This document shows positions 1 to 13,866 of a stretch of DNA of 64,000 nt, one piece after another. How positions within the stretch are numbered: the first letter of the stretch is position 1; every line of letters starts with the position of its first letter. Made by a program: the position numbers and the translations under genes. The notes below the pieces were generated by a model that was given only the letters and a program-made list of their open reading frames with translations, was not told where the DNA came from and ran no database searches. The DNA is from Owenia fusiformis (lineage: Eukaryota): the NCBI GenBank assembly GCA_903813345.2, contig CAIIXF020000001.1, positions 24,986,001 to 25,050,000 on the forward strand, given 5' to 3'.

Positions 1-1452
1 ATTATAATATAGCTAAGTAGAATTTCATTTCAAAATGGCCTCCATTTTTCTGCTGATTGCGACTGAGCTGTATAAATGAATTTGAGGTTCCTTCCAAAAT
101 AAAATTTTGAAATATCTTAATCCAGACTATAGCAACGCTTCAACTTAAATATAATAAATATTCTTATGAATATTTATAGGCCCCTTTATCAGAATTATTA
201 TTGCTACATATGAAATCAATGAAGTCACATCTAGCTGTAAGCTACGGTACATGTACATGTAGAGACTCAAGTAACCAAGATGAGCTGCATGTAATAAGGT
301 GACAATCGGGAAATAAAACAGGTAACTAAGTTTCGAAAGGAACGCTGACTCAAGTGCGTGTGGACTGGACACCCACCTTTTTGGAACCCACTTCGCTCTC
401 AGTAATGCAAACCCGAACATTTGCACCCCTATTGACATTTGATCGCTACTCCCCTCGGATATATTCTTCTTCCAGAATCATTGGTATAAAGTATGGTATA
501 TATTTATTTATTTATTTATTTATTCATTCATTTATTTAAGTGTAACCTATCTTAAATAGCCAGTATATAAGGTATAGGTTATATATAAGTTCCATGAAGA
601 TACAGTTGGGGACAAAAATAAATGACAGGTCGATTTTCGATCACCATTTCCTAAGGTGGGGGACAAAAATAAATCTCAACCCTCAAAAGTTGTCACAATG
701 AGCTAAATTCTAAGTTTCATCTCTCAAACTCTCCCAAGTGGTAGAAAAATAATTCCCATCCACTTTAAGTAGCACAATAAATGAATCCAAAGCCTCATAC
801 CTGTAAATGATGGATAAATCCCTACCAAATCGGACTAATGTTTTCATGAATCGCCATGTTTGTGATCCAAGGAGGATTGACTCCCAGAATGCAACATCAA
901 GTAACCTTATTTATTCGTGACGTATTTCAAAACGGCGGAATGGCATTTTGAAAGCTGACACGTGTCATGTTGCATTCTGGGAGCCAACCCACATTGCGGC
1001 GTAATCTGGCTCCAAAATCACCTCAACATTTGAAGAGTCGGCATTAACATGTGAATTCCACATCAAATTTTTAAGTTCTTATTTGTCATTATGGACACAA
1101 ATTCCACTATATCTGGACTTACTATGACGGAGAAAATAGAGCACTGAATACACTGAGGTAAGAATTTATTACATATGCGACAACATGTAATTTCCGTAGG
1201 TTTTGTAATTCTTTATGCCCCCCACTGTAATTATGGTCATCTGAAAGCCCATAATTTCCAATATTGTCTAGATACATATCCCTTAAAATTTGTATATTTC
1301 ACATTTTGTATAATCTCATCCACTGATGTATGGCCTCTTGAAAATTCTCTTATTTTTAACATGGGAAATTCTCACTTCAGCAAATCCACCTGTCATTTAT
1401 TTATGTCCCGAACTGTAGAACGAATCTTCAAATAAATAAAATCTAAACTCAC

Positions 1453-1575
1453 ATCATTATATAGCCTATAAATTCGGACATCGTGTGACTCGGTGAAGAA
1501 TTCGTAGTCTTCTATTTGAGGCTCATCGAGTTCCTTGCATGCTTCGTCGAATTCAACTTTGCCAAACATACTCAT
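1453..1575 (-). CDS. PCTP: Phosphatidylcholine transfer protein (START domain) homolog, first coding exon; remaining exons not identified in the window
   Basis: MSMFGKVEFDEACKELDEPQIEDYEFFTESHDVRIYRLYND resembles the PCTP/STARD2 N-terminus (F.EAC.EL..P...IYRL). It is followed by a phase-0 GTGAGT donor at 1452. Confidence 0.75.
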
Positions 1576-1698
1576 CTTTGCTAGAATTAAAGTTTTTCAA
1601 TCAGTTTCAATATTACTTTTTTCAATTTTTCAATAAATCAACTTCCGGTGTGGTTGACGGCAAAATTGATCACATGATCAGTCACATGATTTGTCAAA
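1576..1698. promoter_or_regulatory. Compact bidirectional promoter between PCTP (-) and the PNGase gene (+)
   Basis: The two ATGs are 123 bp apart and divergent. The gap holds ACTTCCGG (ETS-type, 1641-1648) and two tandem TCACATGA E-boxes (1670-1677, 1682-1689). Confidence 0.65.
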
Positions 1699-4600
1699 AT
1701 GGAAGTGAAAAAGAGAAACGGGATAAGTTGTTTCTCCAACATCATATATAAAATACTCGTTCTTTACATCTTAACATTGTGTCTCAGTAACACAAACGGA
1801 TACGTAAATGTTTTAAATCACAGAAAAAACGATATTTTGACTGATCAGCCACAGCATTATAATGATCACAGAGAAACTCCAAACCGACTTCACTTTGTTG
1901 GTTTTGACATGAACAACAAAAAGAGACAAGTTGCTGAGGAAAATATGACATTTGAACAAAAGATGGTAGATAGAATAAAATATGTTAATTTTCGAGATGC
2001 AGCTCCTTATAACTTTAACCCTGGTGATCCAGCTTTGTCATTTTCTATCTACACAACAACTGCTTTGGATATTGGACTCTCTGGGAGCAATCTAGTTTAT
2101 CCCGGACCAATGATCAATCGTACGACACCCATTCTATTTAATTTCAAAGATAGCAGATCTGGTTTTCTGGAGGTACTTTGGGGAACAGATGCTATAACAT
2201 ACTTACTCGAAAATGGACCAAGCAATACCCATTACTTCTTTATCTTTAACGACTACAGCCCTTTTGAATCTTTGGAATCTGCGATTCTTAATGCCAAATC
2301 TAAACTACATGGAGTAGGAAAGAATCTAGTATTGAATAATAGGTAAAGAATAAACAATATGTCTTATAGTGTATATTTTCAGAACTGGTAGAACTTGAAC
2401 AAAAGCAGCTTTTTCACAAAAGCATCATTTTACATTTATGTGTTCATGGATACATACATGTACATGTACTGTACATGTATACATGTACATACAGCACATG
2501 TACATGTATGCCATCAGCTACATTTCGTGACAAGCAGCAGGATCTCAAAACATATTTTTTAGCAAAATTAGATCTCTCGCTATCATCATAGACATCTCTA
2601 GCTATCATTACATGTATAGATTTTGTCATTATTATCATTACTCTATAGTATATTGATGGTAAGTAAGACCACGCATTTACATGTATATTTAGCATACTAT
2701 AAAGAAGAATTTGATTTTGATTTTCAGGATTGATAAAGATGTCCTCTTTCAAATTTATGGCCGTATTCATTTTGTTACACTAAACACATATCAATTGGGT
2801 AATTGGATTCCTGCATTGGTGAAGTTATGGGCCTGTCAAGACCATAACTGTGGATATTATCAACTGAAGATAACATCAGAAGGTAAATTAAGAAGGACAT
2901 GAAGGAGTTTTTCTAATGTGATTTAAAGCAAATCTTTTAATGCTCATAAAAGTGCATCTAGGTGAGCTAGTCACTTGAAACTTCCTTTAGAGTTGCTACA
3001 TTGAGTCTAGTTATTTAATGTGCAAAAGAGTAACTCAGAAATCATGTAGAATTTATGCAACATTATATTATGCATATGTGGTGGCATTTTTTGTGTCACC
3101 CTGTAAGTCAGGTAACATTTTTCTCAAGATTATTTTTTATTTAATGATTTTATAGATGAAAAAGTTACTGGTCCAGAAAATATTGTAAAAAGGATAGATG
3201 GGAGATACGATTGGTTGCCCAGCCCACTATCGAAGGTTAAAAGTGACTCCATCCCAGGAGTTTATGTTGGATTTGGCTGTAACAAAACAGATAAGGTGAA
3301 GAATATGATTGCCATAGTTGATAAGGCCTGGGGAGATTGTACTCAATTCAACATAGTAAGTAATGCCAGAATTGATTTAATCTAGAATTGAGCCCCTGTA
3401 TCCCCATCCAAATTCTCAGTCTAACACAGATGTATAGAGAAAATTGTGAGGAGTACAGAGGGTTGATGGAAGGCAGGAGTCCATTCAGGTTACAAATCTA
3501 GGTATATAGATAAAACATTTTGTGTAGCACTAATGCATTGCATTCAAATTTATTTTATGCAGTGTTTGAATCAAACATGACACCTCAAATATGGTGCTTC
3601 TTTTTACAAAGATATGCAAAACTACTCATTTGTACACAGTATTTCAGTAACTAAATATTATATTATTAAACTCAAGTGATCCCCCATAATAATGTAATAT
3701 TGTTTTATTTTAAGATGGAAACAATGCAGGCATCAGGTGCAGTTGCGGTCATTGTGATGCAAGGGAAAAATGAGGGTTTGGAGGAATTAGATTGTTATGG
3801 CAACAAATGTGGCTCAATTGGAATTCCTGGAACTATCATTCCTTATGTTTCATTTTTAACAATCGGGTAAATTGAATTTCTTATGTTACATTTCTTTATA
3901 TATTTGACTATATATTGGACTACTATATTGGACAACCCTCATAATTATAAGTAGACACAAATTGTTAATACCGTACTTGATAAAACCAAACATCCAACTA
4001 ATCAATGATTGGTTCAGGCAAGACCACATAATGGCACAAGTATCAGGGCCATAGGGAGAGGGGGTCCCGAGGTTCGTGCGAACCCCCCCCCCCAAAATTA
4101 ATTTCTTGTAGTATTTCAGTAATTTATCGTTTTTTGATTAGGTACATGTATAACGCATATAACTTTTGAACATGTGTAAGTGCAGTAATGCAATGCACAT
4201 AATGCACCAAAGTTCTGAATGCTAGAAAACTCATACTTAAAATGTTCTTACTTTTTAATGCCGTAATTAGACTACACAGCAAGTATAAAGATCACTCACA
4301 ATATAATATCATGATATTTACTAAAAATAAATAAGTCTTGAAGTATTTATTTTTGGATTTTTTCTGACTTATCCAGAAAGTGGTTAAAACAGAGAATTTA
4401 AACATGTTAAAGGGATTTAAATAAGCCTTTGTTGAAAAAGGTCCTAGATTTTTGCCCTTATGTTCTAAATGAACGAAATTGGTCAAAAACCAGGATATTT
4501 CACCTATGATTTTACTTTTGCAATTAATTGTTTGGCAAAGATAAATCTCTTCAGCAAACTTGCAAAAATTAAGCAAATTTGCCAAAACATTAAGCAAAGG

Positions 4601-7600
4601 CAAAATTTAAGCAAATTTGGCAGAAATTAAGCAAAGGAAAAGTTTTCACCAAATTCACCGATAAGTGGCTCCAAAAAGTGTTTGCCGAAAATATTTGAAC
4701 ACCTGGCTTAATACATTTGTCTTGTCTTCAAACTGTCAACTGTACGATTCAAATTTTTCATTAAACTTGTATAATTTTTTATTTTCAGTCAAAAAGTAAA
4801 TGTAACGTACCAGACTACCCCCTCTGACAATTTCTTCTTTGGTATTGATGGAGAGGGCAACCTGGCAGAGGTGGGCTGGTTCCTGTATCCATCTTTCTCC
4901 TTCCTTGTCTACCAAGCTCAGTGGTAAGAATCCACTCAATGAGATAACACACAGTCACTTACAATAATCCGTGAAATAGCGGCAACTACATGTATGTGTA
5001 CTGTTATATACATGTGTATGTACATACGTATATCAACAATGTGGCAGCAATTCACTGACATACATGAATAAGAGAAAAAGAAACTTAGAGAAATATGAAT
5101 TTTTACTAAAAAGGTGAAATATCAAATCAATTTATATTGTAAATAAATGTGTTTCAATTATTTCAGGTTTAATTATGTGACAGAATTGAAGAAGAACTTA
5201 TCAGAGAAGGCATTGGTGATCAATGTATGTAATCATACAATGATGCAAGGAAAAGGAGTTTCTATTAAGCTAGATCTACCACCAGCTAAAGGTATTCTGT
5301 CTATTATGTGCAATAATCTATTGACCACTATTGGCCACTCATTGAAAAAAATATTAAAATCAAGTTACATGTACCTAGACTGAAGCTCTCTATGTAAGTG
5401 TTTATCAATACAATGTAAACAAGAATGGAATTCCGAAATTTCATGTTATTGGCATTCCCTTTGGGCTTACTATTATGAGCAATCTTTGAATGTCTGGTTT
5501 TTATCGATGGATGCTAAATATTCATTTTCTATATAAATGACCATTGGGACCAAAATTTTGAATATCCACGTACTGCATAAATTATAGATTATGTATATAC
5601 AATTGTGTTGTTCCTAAATTTCAGAACTTCAACAATATTCCAAGTTTGAGCTAGATTTGGCATTATCCTGCCCTGGTCATTTGGATACAGACTGTCCTCA
5701 TTGGGATCACACTGTCAATCTGTATGCATGTTGCCTACCAGGTTGTGTTGTGGGGGATGGAGTTGAGCTGGGCAGGTGGATCACTCCATTCAGAAGGTAC
5801 CGTTATAACCAGCTGTTATGCAATGCAAAATATCACTTCCTCTTATGCACTGCATTGTATCACTTATTCTTATGCACTGCAAAATATCACTTGCTGCCAT
5901 TCACTGCAAAATATCACTGTACTGTATATTATAATTTTATTATAATGGGGAATCTTACCTGAAGAGTCCATAAAAACTAGATTTTCTGTTCTGAAACAAC
6001 TAGACAACCAGATCTAGAGATTCAGAAATTCATTTGTTAATCCTACAGGGTGGGCCAAAAAAAACCACCCCCCTAGCCAATATTCCTGATAAATATTTAC
6101 TTTTTAACATACACACCAACAATGATGTATCATTTTAAAGATAATTTAATTTGCAACAAAATGATATATAATAGAACAATTTTCAGCAACCCTGGCTTGA
6201 GATATAACCATTTAGGTGACATGGGGGTAAAAAAACACCTTTTCAATTTTCATCGATTTTGCGAACAAATGCCTGCTTCAACCTTTTACTGTTCAGTAAA
6301 AAAATGCAACATTGTCATGAGTCTTTCATAATTGTATATTATATATTGTTTTCATTCAATTTTTGAACCATGCATGATCAATATACATGTGTATGCTTAT
6401 AAAACTAATTCATTTCTTCTTCAGTCTGTCCAAATATGGCTCAATAGAATCAACCCAAAACCCACCTTCTGATCGGATTATTCGCTTAAGACACAAAAGC
6501 CATTGGTAAAATTAATGGATCTTTGCGGAAGTACCATCCAACTCCTAATTATTCATTCTTTCAGTTTGTCTACACTCCTGGTTGACTAGGGATCTTCATA
6601 GACCAATTGTTCTAAATGCCCAAAGTACTATACATGTAATCAACAGGATACTCTATATATCAGTAAGCAAGAATAGTGACATTTGCGATAAAAGGCTACT
6701 CAAATTGAGACGACATTTTTCTGAAAGGGTAGTGGTGCCCACTCGGTGTTTCCCAAAAAGTAAAGACCGTACAGGCTCTGTTTTTGTTGAACCAGGAGCA
6801 AAAATATACTCTGAATATTAATGAAATGAGATGTTAAAAAAGGACTCTTCAAGGATATAAAAACATGTGAAAGAAATTTCATTTTCTGATAGGACAGTGC
6901 TCCATCACACAGGTCCAATGCTACCCTGGAGTTTTTGGAGATTCGAAATGTCACCATCTCGAGCCCGGACAAATGGCTTACTAACAGTCCAGATGCCAAT
7001 AATGTTGATTACCATATCTGGGGGCATCTAGAACAGTTGGTATTTAAAGATACTCAACCTATCAGGGATGTAGAGGAACTAAAAGAAAGAATAACTAGCA
7101 GTTGAATGGTACTTCCGCATACATTGATCAATTATGCCAACAACCAATGGTTTCCGTGTCTTAAGCGAATAATCCAATCAGAGGATGGATCCGGGGGGTG
7201 GATCTATTGAGCCATATTTGGACAGGCTGAAGAAGAAATGAATTAGTTCTATATGCATACACATGTATATTGATCATGCATGGTTCAAAAACTGAATGAA
7301 AACAAGATATAATATACAATTATGAAAGACTCCTGACATTGTTGCACTTTTTACTGAAGAGTAAAATTTGGAAGAAATAGGCAATTGTTTGCAAAATCGA
7401 TGAAAATTGAAAACGTGTTTTTTGACCCCCATGTCACATAAATGGTTATATTTCTATATGTGGTTGTTGAAAATGGTGCTGTTATATATCATTTTGTTGC
7501 AAATTAAATTATCCTTAATATGATATATCATTGTTGGTGTGCTTTTTAAAAAATAAATATTTATCGGGAATATTGGCTAGGGGGGTGGTTTTTTTTGGCC

Positions 7601-10600
7601 CACCCTGTAAATTCAGTATGCTGTAGTTTTAAATAGTAAAAATTGTTACCTGTATTTATAAAAACCTGGTGTAGCAGCCTGTTTAATTTCAAGGGGCCTA
7701 AGCATCTATATTATTAAAATAACTAATATCTAACATGATATTGTTTGGGCCATCATTTTTTCCGACCAGTGAACAAAGTTGGACCGTTTTTCACCATCAT
7801 AATTCAGTGTCTACAGCAAACTCTTACACCTTTTTTGTTTGCAATTCCATGATGTACAAATATGTCTTTATTTCTAATTAACAGTGTGAGTACTTTCTTA
7901 TTTTGCAACATGTATCCTTTCCAGGAGAATAGGTCGCTGGTTGACCGATATATCACCCCTGCTGCCATTGATTGCTGGAAATACATGTGTGTTCACCCTA
8001 AAGACTGCCCCATGGGCAATGACCTGGGTGCCCTCACTCAACCTTAGATTCACGGGAAAGACAGCAAAGGGTAAGCACTCAAGTCTTATCAAAGGATAGG
8101 GTATTATCAGTGACTAAAAATGGGAGTGCAATTATAGTCACAAGTATTATGGTCACGAATTACTCGATTCAACCATACAAATCATTCACCCATACAAATC
8201 ATTCTGCCATACAAATCATTCACACATACAAATCATTCACCCATGCAAATCATTCACCCATACAAATCCCTCACCCATACAAATTCCTCACCAATACAAA
8301 TCATTCTCCCATACAAATCATTCACCCATACAAATCATTCACCCATGCAAATAATTTTCCCATACAAATCATCCACCCACACAAATCATTCACCAATACA
8401 AATCATTCTCCCATACAAATCATTCACCCATACAAATCATTCACCCATACAAATCATTCTCCCATACAAATCATTCTCCCATACAAATCATTCACCCATA
8501 CAAATCATTCACCCATACAAATCATTCACCCATACAAATCATTCTCCCATACAAATCATTCACCCATACAAATCATTCTCCCATACAAATCATTCACCCA
8601 TACAAATCATTCTGCCATACAAATCATTCACCCATACAAATCATTCACCCATACAAATCATTCTCCCGTACAAATCATTCTCCCGTACAAATCATTCTCC
8701 CGTAAAATCATTCACCCATACAAATCCCTCACCCATACAAATCATTCTCCCATACAAATCATTCACCCATACAAATCATTCTGCCATACAAATAATTCAC
8801 CCATACAAATCATTCACCCAAACAAATCATTCTGCATTCAAATCATTCACCCATACAAATCATTCACCCATACAAATCATTCTGCCATTCAAATCATTCA
8901 CCCATACAAATCATTCACCCATACAAATCATTCTCCCGTACAAATCATTCTCCCGTACAAATCATTCTCCCGTAAAATCATTCACCCATACAAATCCCTC
9001 ACCCATACAAATCATTCTCCCATACAAATCATTCACCCATACAAATCATTCTGCCATACAAATAATTCACCCATACAAATCATTCACCCAAACAAATCAT
9101 TCTGCATTCAAATCATTCACCCATACAAATCATTCACCCATACAAATCATTCTGCCATACAAATTATTCACCCATACAAATCATTCACCCATACAAATCA
9201 TTCTCCCGTACAAATCATTCTCCCGTACAAATCATTCTCCCGTAAAATCATTCACCCATACAAATCCCTCACCCATACAAATCATTCTCCCATACAAATC
9301 ATTCACCCATACAAATCATTCTGCCATACAAATCCCTCACCCATACAAATCATTCTCCCATACAAATCATTCACCCATACAAATCATTCTGCCATACAAA
9401 TAATTCACCCATACAAATCATTCACCCAAACAAATCATTCTGCATTCAAATCATTCACCCATACAAATCATTCACCCATACAAATCATTCTGCCATACAA
9501 TTCATTCACCCATACAAATCATTCACCCATACAAATCATTTTCCCGTACAAGTCATTCTCCCGTACAAATCATTCTCCCGTAAAATCATTCACCCATACA
9601 AATCCCTCACCCATACAAATCATTCTCCCATACAAATCATTCACCCATACAAATCATTCTGCCATACAAATAATTCACCCATACAAATCATTCTGCCATG
9701 CAAATTTTTCACCCATACAAATCATTCACCCAAACAAATCATTCTGCATTCAAATCATTCACCCATACAAATCATTCTCCCATACAAATCATTCACCCAT
9801 ACAAATCAATCACCCATACAAATCATTCACACATACAAATCATGATGCCATACAATCATTTACCCATACAAATCATTCTTCCATACAAATCATTATCCCA
9901 TACAAATCATTCACCCATACAAATCATTCATCCATACAAATCATTCATCCATACAAATCATTCACCCATACAAATCATTCTTTCATACGAATCATTCACC
10001 CATACAAATTATTCACCTATACAAATCATCCTCCCATACAAATCATTCACCCATATAAATCATTATTCACTTTTTGTCATAATTTAACTGTCACACATTC
10101 CTATAAACATGCTGAAAATGAGGAGTAACAACTATCAACAAACAATGCACTACTGGAAATTAATAAAATAATGGCAGATGGAATTATATATTGATAACAT
10201 ATAATTAAAAATACAGTAAAACCTGTCTTAGTGAACACCTCTCTCTTGTGAACACCTGTGTTTAGTGAACACTATACACTTCAAGACACATTTTGCTGTA
10301 CATTTACTCTTGCATAAAATCCTCTCTTTGTAGTGAACATCTGCTACAGTGAACCTCTGTAGTGCACACTTCACTATATACAGATTTTATTGTAGTTAAT
10401 ATATTGATATTACAGTATTGGCCAAAAACTCTTTATTTTTAGCTCATATGGTGAGCTTTTTATGTTGCTTTTCAATGATAATTTTGCAGTGGATGCAGCA
10501 ATTAAAGAACAATTAATCCCCAAATCACATATTTATACAAGTATCTTTAGTGGTATTTGGATTGGAGCAACAATGGTGTGAATGCAAACTCCCGGCTTTA

Positions 10601-12301
10601 ATATTTCATGTTACAATCAATTTTATTATGATTTTAGTTATGCCCATATTAATATTGATAAAATCCAAATGGATGTCTTAATAATCAGGGAAACACATTA
10701 TTTATAGTACTGTAAGTGCATAACACCATTAAGGAAGATTAAACACCTGCTTCAACATCACTTAAAATGAAAACAAAGCTGGTTGGCAAAATTCTGTCTT
10801 TGGTCAGGAAGATTAGCAAAGGAAGTCCTTTTTAAGTTGTAGATTTCTATAGCACCTTATTGTTCTTCCCTACCATAAGCTAGTAGATTCCCTTACACAG
10901 GCAGATTCCCCCCCCCCCTTTTCTTGATGTTAATCAGTCTTTCTTCATCTTTCTTGATAAATGATATAACTTTATGAACCAAATCTTAAAACACAAGATA
11001 TTTTGAAAGCTTTTACAATTATAATTTTCTGATTCCAGGAGACCTATATGCCGACAGTATATTTAACCTCTATGGGCCTACAAGCTACACATTTGACAAG
11101 AACTACAATAAAGACTTTCCTATACGTACCTTTGAAGTCCCTCCTGATACTAAAAAGGTAGGCTTTACATGTTAAATGTTGGGAGCCGAGGCACATGTAC
11201 AAGTACATGTAGTGACTAATTAACTAATCAAATGAGTTTTTATGTCACCACCACAAGTGGTAACATTTTGTTCTCAAACTTTGTTATAGATGGTGTTCAG
11301 GGTTTGGCATTTGGTGTGTGGCGTTCGGCATTAGCTGTCTGTAACAAATGGCAGGTAGTGACATTATTTATGTGAATGCCTTGTTTTCAAAGTAGCAAAG
11401 ACATTTTGTATTGGTCACCTAATGGACCACTCTCCCTTCTGGTATTCCAAGCTCTTCTAATTTTATATCATGTGTTATTTCAGACTGTACTGGTATCAGT
11501 GATTACAGGGCATGGCAGTGATAACAATGGATGTGGGGAGTTCTGTATCTCATCTCACCATTTTGTTGTCAACTTTCAGCACACTTACAACAGATCATTT
11601 GATAATGCAGGTAACAATTACTATTGTTAGTACACAGTAAACCCTGTCTAAGATAACGCTTCAGGGAGCATGTTAATGTGTTTACATTGAAAAGTCTTCC
11701 ATTCAAAAGAATTGAAGTAGCTAGCCATTTACATGTCAAATACATGTGCATGCTTTTCTGTATTATCTTAAAAGATAAAGTTGTACAAGACCAATGAGAA
11801 TTCATTTTTGCCTGGTAACCAGGCTTTGACGTATTAGCCCACCTGCCAGTTCTTTTTCTTTTTGAACAAATGTTTTTTTAAATCAACCATCCACAGAGTT
11901 AAGTTTGACTTAGTTGCATTCAAACCTTTTATTCATCATAACATGTAAAAACAAAACAACGGTTATTTTTCCATAGATTGATTATTTTATTGTTTTTGTT
12001 AGAGTTTTGAATTGTTTTAGAGATAGTTGTTTTGATTACAGGTGATCAACTGGGCTGTGCCAAAGAAGTCCCTCGCGGGGTTGAGCCAAATGAGCATGGA
12101 ACGTGGCTGTATGGACGTGGCGGCTGGTGTGATGGCCAGGAGGTCTCACCATGGAATGTAGACATATCCAAACACGTCAACAATTTTACACCTAACAATA
12201 TCACATACTATGGCTGGTTTAATGGGACTGATCCTAACCCTACACAGAATCCGGGTGTTATGATTTACCAAGCATATGTGGTGTTTTACAAAATGCTCTG
12301 A
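1699..12301 (+). CDS. Secreted/lysosomal peptide:N-glycanase of the PNGase F fold with a PA domain, 11 exons, about 744 aa
   Basis: Exons 1699-2342, 2728-2882, 3156-3355, 3715-3866, 4789-4923, 5167-5291, 5625-5796, 7925-8070, 11039-11157, 11484-11610, 12042-12301. All introns are GT-AG with compatible phases (2235 nt in total). N-terminal hydrophobic segment; PA-like GC..IAIV..GDC..Q.SGAVAVIV; PNGase F-type motifs CPHWDHTV, ELGRWITPF, ITGHG..GCGEFC and GTWLYGRGGWCDG. Confidence 0.88.
5818..5920. repeat. Short intronic tandem repeat (about 27-bp unit, about 4 copies)
   Basis: Recurrent tatgcactgcaaaatatcactt-like units after the exon 7 donor. Confidence 0.6.
6046..7607 (+). mobile_element. 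Degenerate Tc1/mariner DNA transposon with long TIRs, in PNGase intron 7
   Basis: TA|CAGGGTGGGCCAAAAAAAACCACCCCC ... GGGGGTGGTTTTTTTTGGCCCACCCTG|TA, with roughly 390-bp imperfect inverted arms. Broken transposase remnants at about 6890-7040 (DSAPSH; W..NSPD; DYHIWGHLE). Confidence 0.9.
8172..10070. repeat. 17-bp minisatellite (CATACAAATCATTCACC)n in PNGase intron 8
   Basis: About 110 tandem units are directly visible. It explains the spurious 672-, 386- and 129-aa ORFs. Confidence 0.97.
10214..10392. mobile_element. Short TA-flanked MITE (Tc1/mariner/pogo-like), copy 1
   Basis: TA|CAGTAAAACCTG ... CAGATTTTATTG|TA with internal AGTGAACAC repeats; related to 12543-12723. Confidence 0.75.
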
Positions 12302-12542
12302 TGTTGACCACAAATTTCTGTACACCATGCAGTTAGCCCATATACCTAATAATGTGATCCTGACATTTCAACTTAGCAAACTGATATTTGCTCATATGCA
12401 ATTGGAAACTAACTAGTACTCAATATTAAGTTATTCTATTGGCTCATAGTAGAGAAGAGTCCGTGATAGGAAAACTCACAATGACAAACTGTAAGATTTA
12501 AGACTCTTCAGTGCACTTTACCTCAAATACATTGTCAGTATA

Positions 12543-12723
12543 CAGTAAAACTTGCTTTAGTGAACACCTCTCTCTAATGAACACCTGTCTCTGGTGGACA
12601 CCTTTCTCCGCACATACTCTACTAATTATTATATAAAGTACCCTCTCTGTAGTGAACACCTATACTTCCAATACTGAACGTTTTTTCTCGGAAAACAATG
12701 TCCAATATACACAGGTTTTACTG
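12543..12723. mobile_element. Short TA-flanked MITE, copy 2, downstream of the PNGase stop codon
   Basis: TA|CAGTAAAACTTG ... CAGGTTTTACTG|TA; same family as 10214-10392. Confidence 0.75.
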
Positions 12724-13059
12724 TATTACGAATTGACCGAACAAGGATTTTATATACCTAATGGGACATTTTTGATAAAGAATGGTAGTGCAAGGTATCT
12801 AGATAGCTCAAAAATCTCGGTTCTTGCAAATTTTTATTGAGGTTTGAGCTATTATTTCTCTGCTCTAGAAGATACAAAATAATGATGTGGTATCTTGAAA
12901 AAGAGCCGTCATAGAAAAACCACTGACAGGGGAATCATTGAAATTAACGAATGGCTTACTAGAACAAATTATTTTTTACATTTACATGTCAATGTTATAA
13001 ATACAATTTATATATGTAACGAATAACATCATTCTTGTTATGAAAATGACTAGTTATAA

Positions 13060-13866
13060 TGTAGGCCCAGTGTATTGTGACAAGGTATCGTGTAGGCCCA
13101 GTGTATTGTGACACAGTATCGTGTAACCCTAATGTATTGTGACAAGGTATTGTTTAGGCCCGATGTATTGTGACAAGGTATCGTGTAGGGCCAGTGTATT
13201 GTGACACGTTATCGTGTAACCCTAATGTATTGTGACAAGGTATTGTTTAGGCCCGATGTATTGTGACAAGGTATCGTGTAGGGCCAGTGTATTGTGACAA
13301 GGTATCGTGTAGGGCCAATGTATTGTGACACTGTATCGTGTAACCCTAATGTATTGTGACAAGGTATTGTTTAGGCCCGATGTATTGTGACAAGGTATGG
13401 TGAAAGCCCAATGTATTGTGACAAGGTAAGGTGTAGGCCCAGTGTATTGTGACAAGGTATCGCGTAGGCCCAGTGTATTGTGACAAGGTATCGTGTAGGC
13501 CCAGTGTATTGTGACAAGGTATCGTGTTGGCCCAAAGTCTCGGTGACAAGGTATCGTGTAGGCCCAGTGTATTGTGACAAGGTATCGCGTAGGCCCAGTG
13601 TATTGTGACAAGGTATCGTGTAGGCCAAGTGTATTGTGACAAGGTATCGTGTTGGCCCAAAGTCTTGTGACAAGGTATCGTGTAGGCCCAGCGTATTGTG
13701 ACAAGGTATCGTGTAGGCCCAGTGTATTGTGACAAGGTATCGTGTTGGCCCAGCGTATTGTGACAAGGTATCGTGTAAGCCCAATGTATTGTGACAAGGT
13801 ATCGTGTAGGCCCAGTGTATTGTGACAAGGTATCGTGTTGGCCCAGCGTATTGTGAGAAGGTATCG
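13060..13866. repeat. 31-bp minisatellite (GTGTAGGCCCAGTGTATTGTGACAAGGTATC)n
   Basis: About 26 tandem copies between the convergent 3' ends of the PNGase and NIT-GC-A genes. It produces the spurious ORFs at 13222-13937. Confidence 0.97.

Noticed and set aside
1090-1165. Possible plus-strand exon ending in AG|GTAAG
   Set aside because: No recognisable protein similarity and no partner exons; it lies inside the PCTP intron on the opposite strand.
8110-10128. 672-aa ORF and overlapping 386- and 129-aa ORFs
   Set aside because: They are translations of a stop-poor 17-bp minisatellite inside a PNGase intron, and the same peptide appears in all frames.
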